A stretch of 64,000 nucleotides of DNA from Scyliorhinus canicula (lineage: Eukaryota), in assembly GCF_902713615.1 (NCBI RefSeq), contig NC_052154.1:80393072-80457071 (forward strand), given 5' to 3'. The first letter of the stretch is position 1. The number at the start of each line of letters is the position of its first letter. Both the position numbers and the translations under genes were made by a program. Below the pieces are notes generated by a model. That model was not told where the DNA came from. It did not search any database and saw only the letters and a program-made list of their open reading frames with translations. Positions 51,650 through 63,429 of this stretch are shown piece by piece.

Positions 51650-51829
51650 CTGTAAAAATAAGATATGAAATGCTGAAAGCGGCGACTCTGCCTCTGTAGC
51701 CAGCCACCGTCATTCTAAGTAATTCTGAAAGTGTAAATATGCAGACGCGAAACGATAAATCTGGGCCGCAAGTGAACTCTTTCCAATCTCAATGATTGTA
51801 TCTAATATCGCACCAACAGGGTGGAGAAT

Positions 51830-53350
51830 ATTTTTATTTTATTTATTCGAGGGACGTGAGCTCCGCCGCCTAAGCAAGCATTTATTGCCTGTCCTAATTC
51901 CCTTGAATCTCTGCAGTGTATGTGGTGTCGGTATATCGACAGTGCTGTTAAGGAGGGATTTCCTGGAATTTGTCCCTGCGATATTGAAGGAATCACGATG
52001 TCTTTCGAAGTGCTGATTGTGGGTGGCTTGGAATGGGTCTTCAATGTGTTGGGGTTCCCATCTATCTGCTGGCCTCGTCCTTCTAGATGTCAGTGGTCGC
52101 GGATTTGGAAGATGCTGTCTAAGGAGCTTTGGCGAGTGACTGCAGTGCATCTTGTAGCTGGTACACACTGCTGAATCTGTGTGTAGGTGTTTGAAGGATT
52201 TTTTGTGTGGATGTGGTGCCAATCCATGGGTTGCTTTATCCTAGCTGATGTCGAAGTTCTTGAATGTGGTAGAGCTGCACTCATCCAGACATGGGGAAAG
52301 CATTTCAATTGTATTCACCACATCTGCTTTGTCGATTGTGGACAGGCGTTGGGGAGTCAGGAGGCGAGACACTCGCTGGAGGATTCCTAGCCTCTGACTT
52401 GCTCTTGTAGCTGAAGTGTTTACATAAGAACATAAAGAACACAAGAACTTGGAGCAGGATTAGACAATTAAGCCCCTCGCGCCTGCCCAGCGATTCAATA
52501 TGATCATTGTTGATCTCATCTCGGCCTGATCTCCACCTTCCTGCCTGCTCCATATGACACTTCATCCCTGAGACCTGACCCTGTGTCATTCCATTACTTG
52601 CAACTTGCTAACCAGAAAGACACATTTATCCCCACTTTCTGCTTTCTGTTGGTTAGTCAATCCTCTATCCAAGCTAATATATTGCTGGCAACTCTGTGGG
52701 GTTTTACCTTGTGTATTAACCTTTTTTGTGACAGCTTATCAAATGCTTTCTGCAAGTCCAGATAGCCTACATCTGCAGGAACCCCATTATCCACTCTACT
52801 TTTCACATCTTCGAAGAACTCTAGCAAATTAGTCAAACACGATTTGCCCTTCATAAAACCATGCTGATTCTGATAGATTACGTTTTAATATTCCAAATGT
52901 CCCGTTCTGTAATAATGATTCCAACAATTTCCCCAGAACAACTGTTAAATGAATTGGCCCATAGTTTCCTACTAGGGGAATTACATTAGCGTTTTCCCAA
53001 TCCACTGCAATCTCCACTATCTCTGCTGCCACTTTGTTTCAGACCCTAGGATGTAGGCCATCCGGCCTGTAGGACTTGCCTGCCTCAAATCCCAAACGTC
53101 TGTTCAGCACCTTTCCCCTCGTGGTGGCGATTGTTTTAAGTTCCTCCTTTTCAACAACCTCTGAATTACAAGTTAATATTCGGATGGTTGTGTCCTCCAC
53201 CATGAAACCGAAGCAAAATACTGATTTAGCATCTCTGCAATTTCCCATTATTAACTTCCCAGTCTCGTCCCCTAACGGATCAACATGGACTTTAGCTCCT
53301 CTCTTCATTGTCATATTCTTATAGAACCTCTGACTATCCATTTATATATT
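51830..53350 (-). mobile_element. LINE fragments (CR1/L2-superfamily 3' end ~51830-52410; CR1 RT pieces ~52430-53350)
   Basis: RASQRLGILQRVSRLLTPQRLST; KGKSCLTNLLEFFEDV...YLDLQKAFDK. Confidence 0.8.
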
Positions 53351-54503
53351 TTGCACTAGTTGTACTGCCACATAGATATACGCTAGTCCAGTTCAAATTC
53401 TTGTCAATGTTCTAAATATAGAACCCAGAATGCTCAAAACATTTACCTTCATTTAAAATCGTCATGATTTGGGAACTATCTATTGAATAACACACGTTTT
53501 TCTTTCCCCAATTACCTCCAGCTCCCTCGCAGTTTATCGGGATTAATGGCCATCTTACTGCAGTCAATTAGAAGACCTGACAGCGGAGTCTGAGCTTGTC
53601 CTCCTTCCACTTCCAGAAAGTTCCATTCCAAGGTGGAAATCAGCAGTCAAGAGCCTGGCAAACCCTCACCCCCAGCACCACCCACCCCACCTCCATGCGC
53701 CACTGCGCAACCCCAACCCCGGGATGCAGTTCCCAGGCCATTTGAGGTAGCAGTAGCAGTGTCTCAGCCTGGCTCAGCCAATGCAGCTGAGATGGGGACA
53801 GACACTGGGACCTTCCTGATCATTTTATCTCTGATTTAGCATCTCTGCAATGGTAACAATGTGGTAACAATGTCTACGTTAAATATCTAGAGATCTGGAT
53901 ATTTATTATTTTTGAAATAATTTGAATTAGGTAAGGGAACAGGAATCTGTTATTGTAAAGATAAGTATTTATCTGGCAGTTAGAAATAAAGGGACAGAAG
54001 CAAGGAACAATTCTAAACATTTGAAAACCACTGGCCAGGCCTCACATAGAAATGGTGTCCCACTTTGGGTCTGCACTTTAGGAAGGATATCACGTCCTTG
54101 GTGAGGAGCTTTGCTGGAATGGTATCAGGCCTGAGGGACTTCAGTGATATGACGGAGACTAGAGAAACTATGATTGCGTTTCTTGCAGCAGAGAGAGGAT
54201 TCTGAGAGGGTTAGTTCGAGAAAACGAGGCAAAACCGTTTTCATCGGTGGTTTGCTCGCCTTCCAGGGGACTCAGATTGGGGAAGATGAGGATTTTTCCG
54301 CAGCTTGCTGTTACGATCTGCAATGCGCTGACTGAAAGTGTGACGGCAGAATATTAAACAGACGCCGCAGAAAGGGAATTGGAGCAATGTTTGAAAAGAA
54401 GGAAAATGAGAACTATAGGACTACATAATTCTATGATCCCCCCTCCTGCCCAATCCCCACTTCACCTTTATGGAATATAATGAAATAAACATTGTCACCC
54501 TAC

Positions 54504-54547
54504 CGGTTCCTCTCTCTGAGCTGCTTCCACAGAATTTCTATTATTAT
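54504..54547 (-). CDS. SIRP-like receptor exon 5: juxtamembrane exon DNNRNSVEAAQREEP
   Basis: 44 nt, strong ttctctttctttcAG acceptor, GTaggg donor. Converts phase 1 to phase 0 as required; a homologous exon exists at 40128-40171. Confidence 0.82.
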
Positions 54548-55312
54548 CTGAAAGAAAGAGAAGGCATGAACAACTGAATCAGCGCACCGGCGAAACCAGT
54601 ATCACGCTTTCGCTGCAAAACATATTTACTGTGTATGAAGTAAGGAAACCTGAATTGTGACTGTTCAGCGGCTTCAACTGCAGTATGATGTGCATTACCG
54701 TTCATTACCACAGTGGCGCTGTATCCAGGTCAATCAAGTTGCCCTTGAGCAATGGGGTGAAAGCTGTGATAAGGAGTTGCAGCCCATTTTAACCCCGCAA
54801 CGTTGCAACATAAATAAAACTCGGGGGAGATATAAAGACAATTGTTCGTTCGAAATCACCCGTTTTACATTATCACAGGAAGTCGAAATAATACTTAAAA
54901 TGCTTATATTTTAAGATCTCTTCCTGCATGTACCTTGTGTTGCCCGATTATGTATTTTTTTTAAATTTTATTTTCTTTTCATTGTCTTAATGATCTGTTT
55001 GAGCTGTTTGCAGAAAAATACTTTTCACTGTACCTCGGTACACATGACAATCAACAAATCCAATCCAATCCATTGATATTGTATGTAAAGCATACAGTGT
55101 TAATAATTCCATGTGTAAATTAGAAGTGTATCAATCGAGTGAGTAGTACGAATTTGAAGGTGGAATATTTGCAATTCAAAATCCGCTTTACATCGTCATT
55201 TTCAACACTCAATAACATGGCGCTCATTCGGTGTCAATTTTATTAATTAAAGGTGCAGAAACATGCTCCTTGATCCTCTATAATGAATCATTATTTACCG
55301 AAAGGTTCTTAC

Positions 55313-55417
55313 CAGCTGATGCTTTAAATTTGAGTCTTGTCAAAACAATTATCAACAGTAAAATAGCCAATATGCCACCTGCACATCCAATAATGAGTGG
55401 AAGATTGGTACCAGCCC
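55313..55417 (-). CDS. SIRP-like receptor exon 4: transmembrane exon GAGTNLPLIIGCAGGILAILLLIIVLTRLKFKASA
   Basis: 105 nt, phase 1-1, cctgtAG / GTaaga. Uncharged hydrophobic stretch with a GxxxG motif followed by a basic stop-transfer segment. Confidence 0.9.
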
Positions 55418-55692
55418 CTACAGGATCAACAAATGAGTGAAATAAGAAACTGTGGAACACAGTGAGATTCCCACAGGAACACAGCGAGGATCACACACAG
55501 GATGAGTTGCAAATGTGTCTCTCAGGATAATAGCCCATAATGTCAGTGGACCTCAACCACTTTTATTTCTGTTAGCTGTAGCTGCACAATAATTATAACG
55601 TTTATCAAATGACATCAACTACACGTTAATCATGCAATTTATGGAGTAAACAAAGTCCATTGCAAAAAGGCGCAGTCAGCTTCTGACTGGAC

Positions 55693-56385
55693 TAGCATGG
55701 TGGCACAGTGGTTAGCACTGCTGCTTCACGTCTCCAGGGAGCCGGGATCAATTCCAACCTTGGATAACTGACTGTGTGGAGTCTGCACTTTCTCCCCGTG
55801 TCTGAGCCTGTTTCTCCAGGTGCTCCGGTTTCCTCCCACAGTCCAGCAAAGATGTGCTGGTTAGGTGGATTGGCCATGATCAATGCCCGGGATTATGGGG
55901 ATAGGGCGGGGGAGTCGGCCAAGATGGATTGCTCTTTTGGAGGGTTAGTGCAGACCCAATGGGCCTTGCAATGACTTTGCACTACCGCTCCCTTCGGGCC
56001 ATAATTCCACAGACCACCGACTCCCTAACAAAAAAAAAGCATTGCCCCTGACAAATGGGAGGCCCCTTGTTCTTTAACTGGGTCCTCTAGTTCTAGATTC
56101 TCCCACAAGAGGAAACATTCTCTCAACCACCATCCTGTTAAGTTTTATGGGGGCCTTTTTTCAAAATAAATTTAGAGTACCCAATTCTTTTTTTCCAATG
56201 AAGGGGAAATTTTACCTGGCCAATCCACCTACCCTGCACATCCTTTTGGGTTGTGGAGGTGAGACCCATGTAGACATGGCAAGAATGTGCATACTCCACA
56301 CAGTCAGTGACCAGGGGCCGGTATCGAATCCTGTTCCTCAACACTGTTGGACAGCTTTGCTAACCACTGCGCCATCGTGCCTCCT
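55693..56385. mobile_element. Inverted SINE pair (+ ~55693-55965, - ~56155-56385)
   Basis: Heads with A/B boxes pointing toward each other's tails. Confidence 0.78.
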
Positions 56386-56974
56386 TCAGTTTTATGAGGA
56401 TCTAACATTTCAAAACATTCTTCCAGTCCTCTAGACTCCAATGGATACAGATCTTCTCCCACACCGATATTGTTAAAAAAAACATAGAGCGTTAACAATT
56501 CCTGGTGTGACAAATTGGAAGTGTATAAATGGAGTGAATAGGTCGAATGGGAAAGTGAAACCATAAGATAACCTCTTCACGCGGGAATCAGTGAAGTGAA
56601 ACTTCTCTGAACAGCTTCTAAAAATATTATATAATTTGATTAGAAAACAAAACTTCAAATAGTACTCCAGATGTGCACTCCAGATGAAACTTGCATTTAT
56701 AAAGCACCTTCCACATAGTTAAACATCCTAAGATGTTTCACAGAGCATTATCAAACAAGGCTGAACAGCGGCTCACATAAAGTGATGTGAGGAGAGGTGG
56801 AGATAGGGGTCTGAAGGAATGAAAGTCATAAAGGGAGCCTGAGGGAGGGACATTTCTGACTTTATGGTGTAAACAGCTGAGAACAAATGATGATAATAAT
56901 ATTCCCATATATTGAATTTAAATGCACATGCTGTAACAGTAAATCTGTTAAAACCGATCTGTTTGTCTCTGTGT

Positions 56975-58170
56975 AAGTTAATTTCATTTGGCAAGAATTT
57001 GCCGAGGAATAAGCTTTCAGTTTTTGAGCGCTTCCCACATCAACCTTTTGATTCAGATCTTTTCAAAGGAAAATTCTTCCTCCTCCTGCTGTTATGGGCC
57101 AGGGTTTAGAGAACCCCAAAGTGTATCATGGAGTTCACCTGACCCACAACTTTTAATAGATTGTGGTATGGGGAGCACACGGCTCACTCTACAGGTGTGG
57201 TACAGCAGAAATGAAAAAGTATTTTTTGAAGCAAAACAATGTTTATTCTCTGAACTCAACTTAACCTTTTTGAAACAAACAGTGAACATCTTAGCAACCA
57301 TTAATTCAAAAACAGCCCCCAAAGAATACACTAAGTAATCCGTAGGCTGTCCTTTTAACATCTAGAAGACTTAAAAAATACCTTTAAACAGCAGCACATT
57401 AGATTTGCATTCACTACTGAGAACATTTATAATTCTGAATTCACCAAATGATCAAGAGATAGTCTTTTGATGGCAGAGAGAACAGCAGTAAACCTGCTTG
57501 GTCCGGCTTCAGCTCCAACACTGAAAACAAAACTAAAACACACCCTGCAGCAAACAGCCTAAAATGGAAGTTAAAAAGCTGACAGGCAGCCCAACTCCAC
57601 CTACTCTCTGACATCACTGCAGTAGCAAACACACATTTCTTAAAGGTACTCTCACTACAGATATCCATATACACACCCATTTATAAACACCCAGTTCTCA
57701 AAGGTACTCTCACATGACACTGCTACATACCGTCTTGATTATTGCAATTGATTCCCATTGATGTGACATTGTGAGTAAATACACTCCACATTCTCCATGT
57801 ATATTCGAGTTTAAACAGCTGGTCAGATACATGTCTAATAAATAACTACAGTTTGCAGCGGTTCCCGGGCTCCTCGCTGTAAATGTTGCCAAGAACGTGA
57901 GGAGGAATAAACTCTCCGTTTTTGAGCGGTTCCCAGATCAATCTCCAGTTTCAGATCTTTTCAGGGAGAAATTCTCTCTCACCCAGTTACAAACCAGCTT
58001 GATAATTTTAATTAATTTTAATTTTAATTCATTCAATTGATGTGACATTGGAAGTAAATACACGCCACACTCTCTGTACATTAGAATTTGAAAAGCTGTT
58101 CAGATACATGTCTAATAAATAACTACAGTTTGCAGCCTTTCCCGCGCTCACTGCTGTAAATGTTTCCAAT
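56975..58170. repeat. ~280-bp intronic tandem duplication next to the C1 exon; one unit is split by the solo LTR
   Basis: 57760-57890 aligns with 58038-58167, and 57900-57980 with 57005-57085. Confidence 0.8.
57090..57719 (-). mobile_element. Solo LTR (630 bp, Gypsy-like)
   Basis: TGTTATG...CATGACA termini, 4-bp TSD CTGC (57086-57089 and 57720-57723), AATAAA on the - strand at 57247-57242. Confidence 0.85.
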
Positions 58171-58175
58171 CTTAC

Positions 58176-58472
58176 CTTGAGTGACGGTGTAGCTGACACT
58201 GGCTGGCACCTTAAGGGAGATATGAGATACCAGACAGGTATAAACTACTCCATTCGGTTCAGGCCTTGCTTCTTTCAAAGAGCTGGAGACCTCAAAAAGA
58301 CCCTCCGCCGTCTCGTTTTTCACAGTTTCTATTCCGGTCAGAATTTCCACACCATCTCTTTGCCAGGAGATTCTGAAATATTCCGGGTAAAAGGCAGCCG
58401 TTTTGCATTCGAACTTCAGAGAAGTCGCTGAATTCGCTTCAATCTGAACCATTTTCAGGGGAGTTGGGGGAA
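58176..58472 (-). CDS. SIRP-like receptor exon 3: Ig C1-set domain
   Basis: 297 nt, phase 1-1, ttgaAG / GTaaga. C1 signatures FECKTAAFYPEYFRISWQRDG and YTCLVSH. Confidence 0.92.
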
Positions 58473-59171
58473 CTTCAATCGAGAAAAATAACACAATTTA
58501 AATGTTATTTTTCTACCTCTGTTATGTTACATTCCTAATGTGACAATAATTATCCGTGCCATCTTTTTTCTTTAACCTCATGTTTGCAATTATTTTAAAA
58601 ATAATTTCATAGCGTACAAAAATTGTTTGGGTGTATTGCCAAAGGAACACAGGGAGGATAAATCTCCCAGAGCTGGCGACAATGGGTAAATCACGGATCA
58701 CTGTCCCGGCTGGAAGGTCAGCTTCTGGAATGGGAGCGTTTTTTGCTGAGAAGACCCAAGTGAGATTCCTTGTCCCAATCCATGGGAGGGAGCGTAAACA
58801 AGTCACGAACAACAAAATCCCTCACGTTTTCTCTCAGAATTAAACTAAACATTCATTTTTTAAAATCCATTGTCCAAATAATTCATATGTTGCTGAACAT
58901 ATTTTGTTTTTTACATTTAATGTTGAAAACAGGTGCGTAATTGAGTTATACCCAATGTCTATAAAGTTTCCACACTCGATGTTACTACGTGTATAGATTA
59001 AAATCCGTGCATTAACAATGATTAAACAACATTTCTCTGGTGGGTGTTTCTGATCGTGCAGCGTTTACAAAAGGAACTTTCGCCAGAGGGGGATTTGAGG
59101 CCTGAAACATATTTCTCAACAGGACAGGGCTTTATTACTAATTATATATGGGAGAGTAGATCATAACTTCC

Positions 59172-59432
59172 ATGTGGGTAGCACAGTGGTTAGCACTGTT
59201 GCCTCACAGTGCCAGGGTCCCAGGTTCGATTCCCGGCTTGGGTTAGTGTCTGTGCCGAGTCTGCACATTCTCCCCGAGTCTGCATGGGTTTCCTCCGGTT
59301 TGCTCCCGTATGTGAATTGGACATTCTGAATTCTCCCTCCGTGTACCCGAACAGGCGGTGGAATGTGGCGACTAGGGGATTTTCACAGTAACTTCATTGC
59401 AGTGTTAATGTGACAATAAAGATTCTTATTAT
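59172..59432 (+). mobile_element. tRNA-derived SINE
   Basis: A-box-like TAGCACAGTGG, B box GGTTCGATTCC and shared tail. Confidence 0.82.
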
Positions 59433-60989
59433 GCATAGTGAAATCAAATACATAATCTTCACTGCATATTTTATGTAATCCCAGGGATTTTGCCCTTCTA
59501 CAATTTCATTGAGTATGTTGGGCATGGCTTGCCTGGAGAATCTTCTCTCATTTTTGATATTCCATTGCTCCACAGTCACCGTTTAACTGGAAAAATACTT
59601 AATTAGGTTTGCATTATTTTGTTGTTCATTTCAAATCGCTCAACATAGTTTCTTCATACGTTTACATTTCTAAATTCTCGTAAAAGAGAATTATTAAATT
59701 AGAAACATTATTAACTTTCATGATTATGTTAGTCTATATTTCCAGCAAAGGCTCAGAATTCCTCTATTATTTTCCAATGGATCTACTTTACGTTTAATAT
59801 AACATGCGACAGAATCCCCCCTTGGCAGAAAGAAGCTTTCTCTCGGTCTCCTGCCGTAACCTTCTTCTGAGCATGGAGAGTGTAGAGGGAGATCATAAAT
59901 TACAAATACTGGAGCCCAGGCGTTTATAGAAATGTTCGGTGATATCCAGCCTTCACTTCAGCAGTTGTGAATGAAACAGGGATGGTCCCATTGGTGTACC
60001 CCAGAGGTTCAAACTGTCCTGCGAGCTCTCGGATTGGGGTTGAATCCAGAATTGAGGGCAGGATCAACATCTCCCCTCTGACTGGGTTGTAGGATTCCTT
60101 TGTGGAAAGAGCTCGGAATTTCATACAAGTTATTAATGGACACAAATACAAAGTATAAAGTGCGGACATAGGGGCAGGGGAGATTTCGGCCGCTCCAGCC
60201 GGCTCTGCCTTCATTTAGATTATGCCTGATCTCTACCTTATCTCCATTTGTCCCATTTCGGTCCATTCTCCCGATACCCACGATTTATTTCCCTTGATGT
60301 CCATCTCAAATTTCTAACAGTTCGGCATAGAATTAATCGATTGGCAGTTTTCAGCAGGGACCTAAAAGTAATCTTGTGTGTGGAATATTAATGTCAGTAA
60401 GTAAGAGGAGTTTCCGCTTGAATGTATACTGAAGGCACTTAATTGGGGCGGATTGGTCTTTAACGCTGTATAAAGGAGTTTATTTAGGAGGTGTTCAAAT
60501 TGTTCTGATTAAAGGTCGCAGATCTGAAGCCTTGACTCTCCCCATAGGTGTTCATAGATCCCTTGAGTCATTTTCCTGTTTAAATTATTTCAGTATATGC
60601 AATATTTTGCTTTTGTATTAAAATTGTCCCCAGTGTCGCACTTTGGCGCCATTATTTTGCTGAGCGTGAAGCGAGCTATCTTATCCCATTGACTAACCAG
60701 AAGCAAGATTATGCCGTTTCTTCTATCTTGGCTCAATCGGAATTGCAACCTCACTAAAAGCACTAATTGGATGGAATGTCACGAGGACGAGGAGTGGGTG
60801 AAATTGATCGTGGGCCTGAGCGCAAAACGAGCGATAAGGGATCGACGACCGTTGAACGTCAAGGTCAATGGAAAAGAAAATCCCCCAAAGCGTAAAACAA
60901 ACCGATACCGCCAGATTTTCAACTAGTAATACGTTAAAATTACATAACTCGCACAAAGCCGGAAAGCGCCCTGGAACAATTACACTTAC

Positions 60990-61295
60990 CAAACACAGTG
61001 AGCTGGGAGCCGCTTCCATCCCCAATATTGACCTGTTGATGTTTGACTTTACAGTAATACATTCCGGAGTCTGTAATACTCGCATTTAGAATTTCTAATG
61101 TACTCCGTCCCTTCTTTGGACTAAATCTCTTCCTGTTGTCTGGTTCCAGCCAAGATTCAGCGCCGCGTTTCCACCAAGAAACTTCAGGAGCATCTTCATA
61201 TATGGAAAACGTGCAAAACATGGAAACATTGTCACCCCTGGCTACCGTCAGGAGTTTAGGGAACTGTTCCACTTTGTTCGAAGTTATTTTGGCGG
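60990..61295 (-). CDS. SIRP-like receptor exon 2: VJ-type Ig V domain
   Basis: 306 nt, phase 1-1, ttcctAG / GTaagt. Motifs VEQFP, GDNVSMFC, VSWW, LEILNASITDSGMYYC and J-like GDGSGSQLTV. Confidence 0.92.
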
Positions 61296-61505
61296 CTAGG
61301 AAATAAGTAGAAAAGAATGTGGATAACAACTGCATACGTCAGAGAAGGAAAATAACTAAATGGAGGAAAATTCAAAAAGAATGAAGAAACACCAGCAGTG
61401 GAATTTGAGAACGGCAGCATCTATTTTTTTACAATGTATACAGTTGTAGATGTAAAATACCATTTAAGCTATTCTAAAACGGCAACATATAACAACTCAA
61501 CATAC

Positions 61506-61560
61506 CTGACCAAATCAGGCCCAGAAGAGCCATATACTGAGCTGTAACTCTGATCGACAT
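61506..61560 (-). CDS. SIRP-like receptor exon 1: signal peptide MSIRVTAQYMALLGLIWS
   Basis: ATG with A at -3, hydrophobic core, phase-1 GTatgt donor compatible with the V exon acceptor 210 nt downstream. Confidence 0.75.
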
Positions 61561-62389
61561 GCTGTAAATGGAAAGGAAAAATGGTACGTGCTGTACAGGA
61601 GGATGTATCCTGAATGGTTTAGGGCAGGAAATGGACCTCTGAGATAAATATATGAAACGGGGAGATCTTGACATGAGATATCACATGACTGAAAGAGCGT
61701 ATTGGGTCCAGTTGTATTTCTGTGTGAGAGTGTGCGAATTAGGAGGTCCCTTCCCAACTGCCGGCTGAAAGATTTCCACCCAAGAGTAATATTTTTTCAG
61801 CACCCCCCGGGCACTTAGCCTTGGAAATATCGATTCAGGATGCAGGCGCGGGCGGTCCTCCCAAACCTTATCTAAAGGTATCTTCTTCATGTAGGCAAAT
61901 GCATCGGAGCTCAGAGCCCCATCTGAATCAGCCTCCAAGAACATGGACACCGAGCAGAACTAATCGGGAAAATAATTTGGATTAATTAATATGTAAAACT
62001 CCATCTCTCAATTTCAGAGTTGGCTATTTTACTTTTGCACAAACCAGGGTAACATTTTGGACCTCTATCCACATGGTTCAACGTTATACTTATTAATCCA
62101 GGAGACATGGAATTCAACAAGGAATATTCATGAAACTCTTTGACGACAAGCGCAGATGGAACTGAGGAGAAACGAACCAGACCGGCCTCATTTAGCTGAT
62201 TGCAAAGAGAATGCGGATTTAAATGGACCAGTTATTCACTGCGTTCAACTTGTTTCAGTTGGCAGTTTCGAAATTTGTTGTGTCGGGTTTGTTGATCTGA
62301 AATTGGGGGGTGAAAGTCATTCAGGAATCTTGCTCCAAGTTATCGGCCCTTTGATCTTCGTAACTCGCCACGGTTCCTTAGACAGTACC

Positions 62390-62695
62390 TCCCAAATCCA
62401 CGACCACTACAATCTCGAAGGACAAGAGCAGCAGATACCTGGGAAGCCCACCACTTGGAGGTTCCTCTCAAGTCACTCACCACCCTGACTTGTAAATAAA
62501 TCGCCATTTCTTCACTATCACTGGGGCAAATCCTGGAGTCCCTGCCCAAACAATACAGTGGGTGTACCTACAGCTCAGGGACTGCATCAGTTTAAGGAGG
62601 CAACTCATCAGCACCTTCTGAAGGGCAACTAGGGGTGGGCAATAAATGCTGGCCTAACCAGCGATGCCCTAATTCCGTAAATGAATTTTTAAAAT
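62390..62695 (+). mobile_element. LINE 3' end, same family as ~51830-52410
   Basis: Reverse complement match to 51830-52130 by eye. Confidence 0.7.
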
Positions 62696-63429
62696 AGCCA
62701 GACAGGGCCCTGCCATAACACACGTCTACCCAAATATCAAAAGCTTCAGCTTCATTTGCCAATAGCCTAAAATCTCGGCCCTCTGGTTAGCAACACTTCT
62801 GCTACTATAAGCAGTTTCTCCTCAATTACCCAATCAAAACTTATCATAATTGTGAACGCAGCTCTCAACTCGCCTCTTTACCTTCTCAATTCTAAGTAGA
62901 GGAACATCAACCTCTCCAGTCTCTCTGCCCTTGTTACCATTCCTGTAAATCTTTGCTGTGCCCTGTTTATGTCGTTCACAATGTTCAGAGCTGAACGTAC
63001 CACTCCAGGATGAGGTTGAACTAGAGCTCCCTAAATGTTTAGCATACCTTGATCGTCATATACTCTCTGTCTTATTTGTCCTGTTGCATTCAAGCACCCC
63101 CCAGACCATTGCTTGCATTGAAATCTCAATTCTATTTGCAATCAATCAAATGCTATTCTCTCCTTCACTTTTTTCTTCCCATGTGTTGTGAACATTGCTG
63201 GCATGGCCAGAAGTGTTGTCCATCCCCAATTGCCCTTGAGAAAATTATGGCGAGCCTCATATTTCCTTCTTTAGCTAGGTTAGCAAAAGTGGCAGGGCTT
63301 GAGCACAGGAGTGGGTGCTTTAATATAAGAACCAATTAGGGTTATAGTGCTGGAAATTATGCTATTAAAGAGTACTCACACTACTGCGGTGACAGATTGA
63401 TTGGTGAAGAATTATTACCTGTCTCAATT

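Noticed and set aside
60994-61000. Perfect RSS heptamer CACAGTG at the end of the V exon
   Set aside because: It encodes the L-T-V of the G strand, and no nonamer-like sequence lies 12 or 23 bp away. V and J-like parts are already joined in one exon, so this is not a rearranging segment.
50361-61560. Assigning a gene symbol (SIRPA, PDCD1, NCR3)
   Set aside because: The architecture differs from each (one C1 and six tyrosines; PD-1 and NKp30 lack C1). Orthology cannot be established without a phylogeny.
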